Shown: positions 19,101 through 27,223 of the stretch, piece after piece
Position numbering within the stretch: the first letter of the stretch is position 1
Layout: the number at the start of each line of letters is the position of its first letter
NCBI GenBank assembly: GCA_913043255.1
Contig: CAJWLK010000011.1
Coordinates: 11,170-75,169 of the forward strand
Reading direction: 5' to 3'
DNA length: 64,000 nt
Source: an uncultured Gemmatimonadota bacterium
GTDB taxonomy: Bacteria > Gemmatimonadota > Gemmatimonadetes > Palauibacterales > Palauibacteraceae
Made by a program: the position numbers and the translations under genes
Notes under the pieces: generated by a model
What the model saw: the letters and a program-made list of their open reading frames with translations, nothing else
Databases searched by the model: none
What the model was told of the DNA's origin: nothing

Positions 19101-19355
19101 TCTGCCCCAGGGGCTCCGCCGGTAGAGATTGGAGCGTTCTACGACGTCGGTAAAGCGTGGAGTACAGCCGGTGATCCTAATTGCCAAGGCCAGCCATGCA
19201 GCTTCGGAGATCGTGACTGGGTTAGCAGCGCAGGTCTTCTCTTGCGCGCAAATCTTTTCGGGTTTGCTATAGGGGAGATTGACTTTGTTCGCCCCTTCGG
19301 GCGACCTGATAAGAACTGGATGTGGCAGTTCAGTATTAGTGGGCCTGGCTTTTAG
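16191..19355 (+). CDS. outer-membrane Omp85 (BamA-like) barrel protein fused to HExxH metallopeptidase-like and TolB/PD40 beta-propeller domains
   Basis: ATG at 16191 is preceded by GGAGG. Signal peptide MFRRSLIAGLLGILGAST. The HExxH motif is HELVHAFQFD. PD40 repeats are present: SPDGDEIIYMSE, WSPDGTRVAFTG, PSWSPDGRYLAFTTDR and PQWSPEGQNLYFVSD. The C-terminal roughly 400 aa carry the Omp85 lid-loop VRGY motif (PQLVRGYQ) and end in the aromatic beta-signal ...SISGPGF. Confidence 0.75.
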   Translation: MFRRSLIAGLLGILGASTGPVVESLDAQAGQYFGRNKVVYQSFDWEVLKTEHFDVYYYEVEAEAARSLGRQAERWYARLSRVFDHEFRQRQPIVLYADHSDFEQTNTSGQFIDEGTQGFTEILKRRLVMPMMVSLSETDHLLGHELVHAFQFDITGQGTGGPSLDIPGAMRLPLWFIEGMAEYLSIGPIDPFTTMWMRDALDLEDGFPNIPDLNDPQYFPYRYGHAVWSYLGGTFGDEKIGQILNLAGRTGDPFGSIEMVLEVPINDLSNRWRNETESYFSEARNETQGPDAYGRRVVYEPEGEDGILNLGPAISPDGDEIIYMSERDLFSIEMFLADARTGEVKRRLTKNVVDPHFESLQFVSSAGEWNPDGRHFVVAGVSGGDAVISVLDVLEGGEIAHEVRLNPVGEAYTPTWSPDGTRVAFTGHQNGYTDLYIVDLETEEISRLTADKYADLQPSWSPDGRYLAFTTDRFTTDLELLVAGPYQIALYDLETGDIQALPGFDDQFRNFNPQWSPEGQNLYFVSDHDGISNLYRLDMETRELHLITDLWTGVSGLSSISPAISVAKETGEVAFSVNKGGPFSYEIYVIDDPQVLVGEPAPDMLVQVDASVIPPVERVSLDHPQILQNARLGLVDPITFEDTDYESSLGLDFVSNPTLAFGASDFGTFFAAGASAYWSDLMGNKTLQTLLNINTSFGNMLQGTAALVGYENLSSRWNWAVIGGQVPMVLRQFGYQTGTYQGRQAVEITELRFFEINRQITGIVSYPFNRNSRIEFSGSARQLDFAANIERYGQDFWTGELLYQEQTDLPRCASTEIFFQSCAPQSLLFGTASAALVYDSSIYGGTSPMMGQRFRLEVEPALGSLNFVTMQGDLRRYFRIKPFTLAGRALHIGRWGVDGSDGRLGRMYLGMPQLVRGYQNTSFDARVECQSPAAQTGFFNCPVIEQLIGSRIAVGNIELRLPLIGGIGVISAPGAPPVEIGAFYDVGKAWSTAGDPNCQGQPCSFGDRDWVSSAGLLLRANLFGFAIGEIDFVRPFGRPDKNWMWQFSISGPGF

Positions 19356-19392
19356 TTGAGATATCAGTAGTGGGAACGTAGAAAAGGGCGGT

Positions 19393-20061
19393 CTAAGGGG
19401 TATCTTCTCCCACGGTATCTGATGTCGTCTGCACGCACGCACGCAAGTCGCTTGCCGTGTAAAGAACAATGGTTTCGAGGCCGGTTTTTTCTAGCGCAGC
19501 CCGACCCCCTTCCTCGCGGTCGACCAAGCTGAGTACGCCAAGGACCTTGCCACGGGCATGGTCCACCGCCTCGCACGCCTTAAGTGCTGAACCGCCCGTA
19601 GTGATGACGTCTTCGACGACAATCACACTTGCGCCAGGCTCGAAACAACCCTCGATAAGTCGACCTTCCCCATATTGCTTTGTTTCCTTTCGGACCGAAA
19701 ATGCATGGAGTGGATTGCCCGCGCGCCAGCTTTCTCCTGCGATCGCATAGGCTACGGGGTCGGCACCCATCGTGAGTCCTCCAATTGCGTCCGGCTTCAG
19801 ATTAGTGGCTCGGATCGCATCCAGCCCAACCTCTCCGATGAGCACTTGGCCCTGAGCATGCATCGTTGTAGTTCGACAATCGATGTAATAATCGCTTCGT
19901 TGTCCGGAAGAGAGTGTGAAATCCCCCAGTCGAAATGACCGATCGGCCAGTAACCTGCAGAGATGCTCGTGTGGAGAGCTCAGTGGAACCTCCCTGTAGA
20001 ATTTAGTTAAGTTAACGCAGTGCCTCGCTGGATCTCTCATCGCATTGAGCACAAAGTCCAT
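19393..20061 (-). CDS. pyrE: orotate phosphoribosyltransferase
   Basis: FRLGDFTLSSGQRSDYYIDCR, GLTMGADPVAYAIA and the PRPP-binding motif SVIVVEDVITTGGSA are present. The start is uncertain: ATG at 20061 or 20040. The 5' end overlaps the fur-like gene stop at 20012. Confidence 0.85.
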   Translation of the reverse strand: MDFVLNAMRDPARHCVNLTKFYREVPLSSPHEHLCRLLADRSFRLGDFTLSSGQRSDYYIDCRTTTMHAQGQVLIGEVGLDAIRATNLKPDAIGGLTMGADPVAYAIAGESWRAGNPLHAFSVRKETKQYGEGRLIEGCFEPGASVIVVEDVITTGGSALKACEAVDHARGKVLGVLSLVDREEGGRAALEKTGLETIVLYTASDLRACVQTTSDTVGEDTP

Positions 20062-20575
20062 AGAGTTTGAATTGTCTCGTCAGAACGCGAAACCCTTGCT
20101 GTTTAGCCACTTCGGATTGCACGCGATCCAAGTCATCACGTTGGAACTCTTCGACCACACCACACAACGTACAAATGAGGTGATCATGGCGTGCAGGTCC
20201 GATGCGTGTCTCATATCGCTTGAAGCCTTCCTCAAAGTCGTGTTCACTAGCGAGCCCGACCTCAACCAGTAGACCTAGTGTTCGATAGACCGTGGCTTTC
20301 CCTACATGTGAACCCTCATCTCGTAGACGTTCGATGATCTCGTCGGCCGATAATAGTTGGCCGGAAGCAAAGAGTGTTCGTGCTACTATTTCACGCTGGT
20401 TTGTGATTGGGAGTTGGTGTTTCTGAAGCGCAGCCCGGAAAAGGCTAAGCGTTATGGCAGCACACCCAAGGGGCGGTCGGCGCGTGACGACATCGGTCAT
20501 TTTGTCTAGGGGTAAAATGTTGAATCGAGGGTCCGGAGACCCAGTCTCATGTTGTTGAGAAGATAAAGATGTCAT
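20012..20575 (-). CDS. Fur-family metalloregulator (Fur/Zur/PerR-type)
   Basis: The DNA-binding region is ITNQREIVARTLFASGQLLSADEI...GKATVYRTLGLLVEVGL. The metal site is ARHDHLICTLCGVVEEF...CAQC. The track ORF extends to a GTG at 20647. Internal ATGs at 20575 and 20500 give a more typical Fur length. Confidence 0.7.
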   Translation of the reverse strand: MTSLSSQQHETGSPDPRFNILPLDKMTDVVTRRPPLGCAAITLSLFRAALQKHQLPITNQREIVARTLFASGQLLSADEIIERLRDEGSHVGKATVYRTLGLLVEVGLASEHDFEEGFKRYETRIGPARHDHLICTLCGVVEEFQRDDLDRVQSEVAKQQGFRVLTRQFKLYGLCAQCDERSSEALR

Positions 20576-20777
20576 GCGGTCTGGCAACTCGTTCCCCAGC
20601 ACTACTTCATCTGCTACTTTTAAGTGGGCTGAATCAGCCTTGGTCACGAAACGAAATATAGCTTGAACTTGTATCCCGCTGACCAGGGAGGGACCACGGG
20701 TAGGTTATGATTGGTGGTCTGGAGAGCGGCGTTCGCAGCATTTTTTCTTTGTTGTTAACCGTATATGGCTTGAGAAG

Positions 20778-21266
20778 ATGAAAAACATACGAGAATGGGT
20801 GTTAGGGTTCGTCACAACTGGTTTGTTGGCGTGTGGATCAGTGGACACAGGGATCCGCGATACTGGTTTGGACAGACAGGATCCCGCTGTGGTGGAAGAG
20901 ACGGGCGCGTCGCTGGATATTCGCGTTCCAATTCGGGTGGCGGGTATCCAGATCCAGGTAGAGATTGCGGATGAGCCGGAGGAACACTCACGTGGACTGA
21001 TGTTTCGCGAGTCGATGGAGGAAAACCATGGTATGCTTTTCGTCTACACGACCGAGCAAACGCGAGGGTTCTGGATGAAGAACACGCTAATTCCTCTTGA
21101 TATTGCATACGCAGATCGGGAAGGGCGAATTGTCGACATCCAGCAAATGGAGCCACAGGTCACTGACACACATATGTCGAAGGCACCTATGACATACGCC
21201 CTCGAAATGAACCAGGGTTGGTTTGAAGCTAACGGTGTTCGTGTCGGCGATCGGATTGAGTTCTAG
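20778..21266 (+). CDS. DUF192-family lipoprotein
   Basis: Lipobox LLACGS. GLMFRESMEENHGMLFVYT...GFWMKNTLIPLDIAY matches DUF192 (COG1430). Confidence 0.55.
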   Translation: MKNIREWVLGFVTTGLLACGSVDTGIRDTGLDRQDPAVVEETGASLDIRVPIRVAGIQIQVEIADEPEEHSRGLMFRESMEENHGMLFVYTTEQTRGFWMKNTLIPLDIAYADREGRIVDIQQMEPQVTDTHMSKAPMTYALEMNQGWFEANGVRVGDRIEF

Positions 21267-21324
21267 GCGACAGAGTAAACCCGATGCCTTCACACCTACA
21301 CCCACGTACTAGGAGAAACCTCGA

Positions 21325-22725
21325 GTGACCGGAAATCACCGGATCGAGAAAGATTCGATGGGTGAGATGCACATTCCATCGAATTGTCTGTATGGTGCCC
21401 AGACGGAACGAGCTAGGCGAAATTTCCCTATCTCAAACCTGCAGTTCGGCCGCGGGTTCATTCAAGCGTTGGGAGCGATAAAGCTCGCCGCTTCGAAAGT
21501 GAATCAAGAGCTTGGTCTCCTTGATCACGAAATTGGAGCTGTAATTGAGCAAGCAGCTGAGGAAGCGATGGTCGGCGACCTCGATGAGCATTTCGTATTA
21601 GACATCTTTCAAACTGGATCCGGCACCTCAACGAACATGAATGCGAATGAGGTGATAGCGAATCGGGCAATCCAACTCGTGGGTGGTGAAGTAGGGTCTC
21701 GTATTCCCGTGCATCCCAATGACCACGTAAACATGGGTCAGTCGTCCAACGATGTGATTCCAACGGCGTTGCATGTGTCGGCACTAGTAGCCATTGAACG
21801 AGAACTCCTGCCAGCACTCTGTGTGCTTCACGATGCACTGACTGATAAAGCTGAAGAGTTTGATGACGTGGTTAAGGCTGCCCGGACACACCTGCAGGAT
21901 GCAACGCCTATTCGGCTGGGTCAGGAGTTCGGAGGATATGCGAGCCAGGTCGCGAATGGTATCCGCCGTGTGAAGTCTACTCGCGAATCGCTTTCCGAAC
22001 TCGCGATTGGCGGCACCGCTGTCGGCACCGGTATAAACACGCACGCCGAATTTGGCAGTCGTGTTGCGAGAGTCTTGAGTGAACTTTTTGATATAGACTT
22101 CAAAGAAGCCTCTGATCACTTTGAAGCACAGAGTGCACGCGACGCAGTGGTAGAAGCCAGTGGATCCCTCCGCACCGTGGCGGTCAGCCTCATGAAGATT
22201 GCGAACGATCTCCGTTGGCTCTCTTCGGGCCCACGTACTGGGCTGGGGGAGATCGCACTGCCGGCAGTCCAACCCGGATCTTCCATCATGCCGGGGAAGG
22301 TGAACCCGGTCATGGCTGAATCGCTGTGTCAGGTGTGCGCCCAAGTGATTGGTAACGACGCGGCCATTGTCATCGGCGGACAGTCCGGGAGCCTGGAACT
22401 CAATGTCATGATCCCCGTCATGGCCCATAATCTCTTGGAAAGCATCCAGATCCTATCCACGGTATGCAGTGAGTTCACTGACCGGTGTGTTTGCGGAATA
22501 ACGGCAGATGAGGAACGAGCGCGCCACAACGCCGAAGCAACAGCCGCCCTCGCCACCGCGTTGGCTCCTGTGATTGGTTACGATAAAGCAGCCGAACTTG
22601 CCAAGCGTTCGCTTAAAGAAAACCGAACACTGCGTGAGCTAGTCGTGGAGGAGGATCTCGTCGACAAGGATGAGATTGATCGCATCCTTGATTTCAGAGC
22701 GATGACCGAACCTGGCACCACTTAG
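21325..22725 (+). CDS. fumC: class-II fumarate hydratase / aspartate ammonia-lyase family enzyme (closer to FumC)
   Basis: Signature GSSIMPGKVNP is present. TNMNANEVIANRA and GQSSNDVIPTALHV resemble fumarase TQSSNDTFPTAMHI more than aspartase. Confidence 0.8.
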   Translation: MTGNHRIEKDSMGEMHIPSNCLYGAQTERARRNFPISNLQFGRGFIQALGAIKLAASKVNQELGLLDHEIGAVIEQAAEEAMVGDLDEHFVLDIFQTGSGTSTNMNANEVIANRAIQLVGGEVGSRIPVHPNDHVNMGQSSNDVIPTALHVSALVAIERELLPALCVLHDALTDKAEEFDDVVKAARTHLQDATPIRLGQEFGGYASQVANGIRRVKSTRESLSELAIGGTAVGTGINTHAEFGSRVARVLSELFDIDFKEASDHFEAQSARDAVVEASGSLRTVAVSLMKIANDLRWLSSGPRTGLGEIALPAVQPGSSIMPGKVNPVMAESLCQVCAQVIGNDAAIVIGGQSGSLELNVMIPVMAHNLLESIQILSTVCSEFTDRCVCGITADEERARHNAEATAALATALAPVIGYDKAAELAKRSLKENRTLRELVVEEDLVDKDEIDRILDFRAMTEPGTT

Positions 22726-22770
22726 GGCTTATAAATCAGCGTCAGACAAGGGTTAGCATTCTTTTGCGTG

Positions 22771-23679
22771 TTATGGTGTGAGGTTATCGGGCAGAAGTCG
22801 GTTCACGGTGAAAGTAGCTAGTCGGTACACTTCAGAACCGGCAGTGTGTCGGACGAGCCAGTCTCCTTGTTCTTCATCTTCAATCAAGAGGAGAGACAGC
22901 GCTGGGGTTTCTTCGGTCGCATAGAACACGTCTACTGCTGCCTGTGCTTGAGAAAAATCCGCTGCTTCCGCTTCCTCTTCCGACGTGAACGCAGTTAACG
23001 ATAAGTTTGGCAGCAGCCCGAGGATCCCTTGTAGGGCTGTACTGTCTACCACCGCCGCATCAGTAGTCCAGCCTGAATCACCGCGATGGAGGACGGTCTC
23101 TGTCCCCGCTCTTTGTAGAACGATTTGTTGCGTCTGAGCGGTATCAATCGCTGCGATCGTTCGCGGCCGCCAACCATCTCGTTCGCGATTCAGGTAGCCA
23201 CAGACTGGGCTGTCTAACCGAAATACGGCGTCCATGTCTGGGATTCGGACAAAATATCCCGCCCCCCTGATGTCGCGGTTCCCGAGGTAAAACTCTAGAG
23301 GCCCAGGACCATCTGTGTATACCGAAATACGGCGTCCAGATTCGGATACCCCCATCCTGGTATGATTCGTGGGGTTGCGCGCGACCAAAACGTCTGAAGA
23401 TAGGTTGGGCAGAACTTCGAGCAGGTTTTCCATCTTCGTCTCATCCGCTCGGTAACCATCAACAGTCCAACCATTCGACCCGTGTTCTAGTCGGATCGTA
23501 CCTGCATTGTCGGGCTCGATGATATCGATTCGTGTTACGGCGTTTTCAAGCATGAATCGAAATCCACCTTCAACATCGATCGAACCGCCACTTCCATCAT
23601 CCCTGAAGATCCGTGGCAAATACAAAAGCACTGCGGCGCCAAGCACAATTGCGATCAGCTTAAGCTGTTTATTGTTCAT
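22771..23679 (-). CDS. DUF4340-like periplasmic protein associated with the GldG-like ABC system
   Basis: N-terminal anchor MNNKQLKLIAIVLGAAVLLYL. It is the last gene of the ABC operon, with an ATGA start/stop overlap at 23676-23679. This is the position typical of DUF4340 partners of GldG. Confidence 0.5.
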   Translation of the reverse strand: MNNKQLKLIAIVLGAAVLLYLPRIFRDDGSGGSIDVEGGFRFMLENAVTRIDIIEPDNAGTIRLEHGSNGWTVDGYRADETKMENLLEVLPNLSSDVLVARNPTNHTRMGVSESGRRISVYTDGPGPLEFYLGNRDIRGAGYFVRIPDMDAVFRLDSPVCGYLNRERDGWRPRTIAAIDTAQTQQIVLQRAGTETVLHRGDSGWTTDAAVVDSTALQGILGLLPNLSLTAFTSEEEAEAADFSQAQAAVDVFYATEETPALSLLLIEDEEQGDWLVRHTAGSEVYRLATFTVNRLLPDNLTP

Positions 23680-25913
23680 AGCAGTGCTCCACCCGCTTCG
23701 AAGTCATGCTGCTGGATACGACGACGGCGTGCAACGCGCATGATCCCGAATAAAATGAATAGTAATGGAACTCCCACCATGTTCCCGTACCGGGCGACGT
23801 CGCTAAGCACGTCACTCTCGAACACAAGTTGTGGTGGAGCTCGGTCCTTGGAGCGTATGGTGATCAGCGCTTCGTCCTGTGCCAACCAGTCGATGGCGTT
23901 TTGGAAGAAGATCATTCCAGAACGACCGAACTGTGAGCTCTGAAGGAGTTCGTCCTGAATGAATGCTGGTGATCCCACCAGGACAATCCGTCCGGAACCG
24001 GGTTCATTGTAGGCCACCGCGAGAGTCTCGGCTTGGAGATCCTCGGGTTGGATCACCGCGTCCCAATTCTGCGTTGGATCGATCGAGACAGGTGTCTGCA
24101 GGCGGCCTGCAATATCGGTCGTCGTGAGAAGTGGTGTCACCCACGTACTGTCTTCGACTTCGATTTGAATCGGGCTGGTCCAACGAAGAGGTACACTCCT
24201 GATGCCGTTTACAATGGCGTGTTCTGCCGCGGGTTGTCCCAGTGGCCACAAAGGGTAAGGGTAAAACACAGTTCCAAAGTTGGAAGGAGCAGGAACTTGT
24301 TCGCTCGATTCAATATCAAAGACCGCCGACGGAACTACACCTAGCCCTTTGCTTTCGAGCAGGGCATCGAGTGTTGGGTGAAAAGCTGGTCCACTGTATA
24401 GCGATTGGAAATCTACCTGTATTCCCGAAATCATGATCATTAGGCTGCCGCCTTGGTCGAGAAACTCCCCCAAAAGCTGTCCTTCGTGAGGGTCGAGTGG
24501 CGTCGTGTTGCCTGCGATCACAACCACGTCAAGTGAATCAGGCACAGAGATCTTCGTCGAGTCTAGAGTGAACGTCTCAATCTTGTATTCTTCACCCAGC
24601 ATTCCTGACGCCAACTGCATCTGATTACTTGCATTGAACTCGCCATGACCTTCCAGCATACCGATGATGGAGCGGTCGGGCCGAGTCATGGATCGGATCA
24701 TCGAAGCTAGTCGGTACTCCAGATCGTTCGTTTGGCGAACGAGCGGTATAATTTCGCTCTCGCCGGCGAATTGGATTGCCAGACCAAAATAGCCCTCACG
24801 AATCGACATCTCACCCTGTCCGATTACGTTGAACTGGGCTGCATTGATGCCCAAACGTGACGCCTCTTCCTGTGCATCTAAATCTTCGTCCGGGTCAAGC
24901 CTCACGAGGTTGATGTTCCCACCTCCGGCCGCGTCGAAATCTCGTAAGAGATCATCGACGCCCCGGCTTACGGGGGTCCACGCCGGAGGGAGTTCAGCCG
25001 ACTGAAAGAGTTTAATGGTTACGAGGTCGTCTAAATCCTGGAGAAGTTCACCCGTTGGTTTGGATAGGGTGTAAAGTTTCCCAGGCGTGAGGTCTAGTCG
25101 TCCCCTCAGCTGACCTCCCGCAAGAGCGGCGAAGATGGAGATGCCGACGAGTCCCAATACCCCAAGCTTAAGGCGGCGGTATGACTCACGCTCGCGACTC
25201 AGACGCTCGCGCATCACAGAGAAATATGTGAGCGACATGAAGGCTGCCGTTACAGCGGCAAAGTAGAGTATGTCTCGGAGATCGATAACTCCACGTGCAA
25301 CGTTCTCGAAGTGTCCTAAGATGCCAAGTCGCGTTGCGATTACTGCCAGGAAGCTCGGTAGTGTTAAGACTACCGATGGAAGCCCTATCATGTAGAGCAC
25401 GAACGAGATTGTGACCCCCAAGATGAATGCGGTCACTTGATTGCGGGTTAGAGCAGAGGCAAAGAGCCCCACCGATATCATTGCTGCAATCAGGAAAGCA
25501 GAGCCCAGGTATTGCGATAAGATGACGCCAACCTGGAGGTCTGCACCCCACGAGAGCCCAACGGGAATACCCAATGTTCCTGCCATGGCGATGAGGAGGA
25601 ACAGGTAAACACCCACGAATTTACCGATCAAGAATTCTAACACTTCCACAGGTTGTGCCAGGACCAGTTCTAGTGTTCCTGCCTCCCTCTCTTCAGCCAG
25701 TGAGCGCATGCACACCGCAGGAATGAAAAAGAGAAATAGCCAAGGGAGAAGGCCCAACATGGGTCGCAGGGAAGCCTCGTTTAGTAAGAAGGCATCCCGG
25801 AAAAAGAAGAAGAAGTTGATGACCAGAAATATGACAAGCAGGATATAAGCAGTGGCGTGATTGAAGTAACTGCCTAACTCACGGCACGCGATTGACCAGA
25901 TACGAGCTTTCAT
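23676..25913 (-). CDS. ABC-2 family permease (GldF-like) fused to GldG-like ABC-transport auxiliary domain
   Basis: The N-terminus is a six-TM ABC-2 permease (…FFFFFRDAFLLNEASLRPMLGLLPWLFLFFIPAVCMRSLAEEREAGTLELVLAQP). A large extracytoplasmic GldG-like domain and a terminal TM follow. Its ATGA overlaps the ATPase gene at 25910-25913. Confidence 0.7.
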   Translation of the reverse strand: MKARIWSIACRELGSYFNHATAYILLVIFLVINFFFFFRDAFLLNEASLRPMLGLLPWLFLFFIPAVCMRSLAEEREAGTLELVLAQPVEVLEFLIGKFVGVYLFLLIAMAGTLGIPVGLSWGADLQVGVILSQYLGSAFLIAAMISVGLFASALTRNQVTAFILGVTISFVLYMIGLPSVVLTLPSFLAVIATRLGILGHFENVARGVIDLRDILYFAAVTAAFMSLTYFSVMRERLSRERESYRRLKLGVLGLVGISIFAALAGGQLRGRLDLTPGKLYTLSKPTGELLQDLDDLVTIKLFQSAELPPAWTPVSRGVDDLLRDFDAAGGGNINLVRLDPDEDLDAQEEASRLGINAAQFNVIGQGEMSIREGYFGLAIQFAGESEIIPLVRQTNDLEYRLASMIRSMTRPDRSIIGMLEGHGEFNASNQMQLASGMLGEEYKIETFTLDSTKISVPDSLDVVVIAGNTTPLDPHEGQLLGEFLDQGGSLMIMISGIQVDFQSLYSGPAFHPTLDALLESKGLGVVPSAVFDIESSEQVPAPSNFGTVFYPYPLWPLGQPAAEHAIVNGIRSVPLRWTSPIQIEVEDSTWVTPLLTTTDIAGRLQTPVSIDPTQNWDAVIQPEDLQAETLAVAYNEPGSGRIVLVGSPAFIQDELLQSSQFGRSGMIFFQNAIDWLAQDEALITIRSKDRAPPQLVFESDVLSDVARYGNMVGVPLLFILFGIMRVARRRRIQQHDFEAGGALL

Positions 25914-26920
25914 CGTTCTGCCCCCACGGGTTTCGATTCCGTGTCCTCCGTTTCTTCGCTTGAATCATCGGGCTGCCCGTCTTCTGCCGAGCTAGCGGTA
26001 AGCTCTCGGAACAGATCTTCCAGGCTCGCCTGTTCCAGGTGTAGTTCCCAAAGTGGCCAGCCTTGCGCGGCGGCCAGCGAAGCTATGTCAGGTCTAGGGT
26101 CTGTACCACTTGCACCCTGCACTACGAACCGCGACCGGTTGGTCGTACTAGGCGATGATTTGACGCTGCTAACCGATGGGACAGACTCGAGTGCGTTCTG
26201 TACCTCTTGTTCCAGACCATCCAACTCAACTATCACGCGAGCACCACCATGTCCTTCAACTAACGAATCAACGGCACCGTCGGCTACAATTTTACCCTCA
26301 CTGATGATGACAACCCGAGAGCATGTATGCTGCACTTCTTGCATGACATGTGTACTGAGTAGGACGGTTCGTTCTGAGCCTAGGTGTGTAATCAGACTGC
26401 GGATTTCGACTCGTTGGTTTGGGTCGAGTCCTTCAGTTGGTTCATCGAGGATTAAGATCTCCGGTTCAGATAAGATTGCTTGTGCTAGTCCGACCCGCTG
26501 ACGGTATCCCTTGGACAATTGGCTGATCGGTCGATAATAGACGTCTTCGATGCCCGTGCTAGATACAACGGAATCAGTGCGCGATCGGATTTCCTCTGCG
26601 CCCATTCCACGGAGGCGACCCATAAACGTGATGTATTCTCCCGCCAGCATGTCCCGATACAACGGATTGGTTTCGGGCAGGTATCCGATTCTTTTCCGGA
26701 TTTCCGCGGGGTGTTCTGAAATTGATAGGCCATCAATGTTGATTGTTCCCGCGTCAGGCTCGAGATATTGGGTAAGAAGTCGCATAGTCGTGGTTTTTCC
26801 CGCTCCGTTTGGACCGAGGAAACCAACAACCTCACCACGATCGATTGAAAAGCTTACCTCATCCACAGCACGCGTTTCTCCGAATGTCTTCACGACATCG
26901 GTTAGTGCTACGAGTGACAT
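25910..26920 (-). CDS. ABC transporter ATP-binding protein (GldA-like)
   Basis: Walker A is GPNGAGKTT. Signature is LSKGYRQRVGLAQA. Walker B is ILILDEPTEGLD. An acidic C-terminal extension follows. Confidence 0.85.
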   Translation of the reverse strand: MSLVALTDVVKTFGETRAVDEVSFSIDRGEVVGFLGPNGAGKTTTMRLLTQYLEPDAGTINIDGLSISEHPAEIRKRIGYLPETNPLYRDMLAGEYITFMGRLRGMGAEEIRSRTDSVVSSTGIEDVYYRPISQLSKGYRQRVGLAQAILSEPEILILDEPTEGLDPNQRVEIRSLITHLGSERTVLLSTHVMQEVQHTCSRVVIISEGKIVADGAVDSLVEGHGGARVIVELDGLEQEVQNALESVPSVSSVKSSPSTTNRSRFVVQGASGTDPRPDIASLAAAQGWPLWELHLEQASLEDLFRELTASSAEDGQPDDSSEETEDTESKPVGAER

Positions 26921-27223
26921 AGATTCTCGCCAGTTGAGGTGTTCATTCGCTCCCGCGAAGTCATCAAAAAACCTCCCCAGTTAAACATGTTCTTGTCCCG
27001 AACCTTTGTACAAAAGAGTATAGAATATGACCGCGAAATTAGGAACTCTCAGCGACGAGTCAAGATTTTTCGGAACAGAGCACAGCTCAAAATGCTACTT
27101 TTCTTTAATATGGGTTTCTGTATCACATGGAGTTGGTAACTACATGGGTAGGGGGAGTATTGCCTGATCTTTACCTTGTGAGCGCTGTTGGCGGGCTCTG
27201 GGAGCTCCGATTTGATTTGAGTA

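Noticed and set aside
20648-20777. Possible Fur box in the fur/DUF192 divergent region
   Set aside because: No convincing 19-bp GATAATGATAATCATTATC-like palindrome is visible. Only a weak TTATGATTGG fragment is present.
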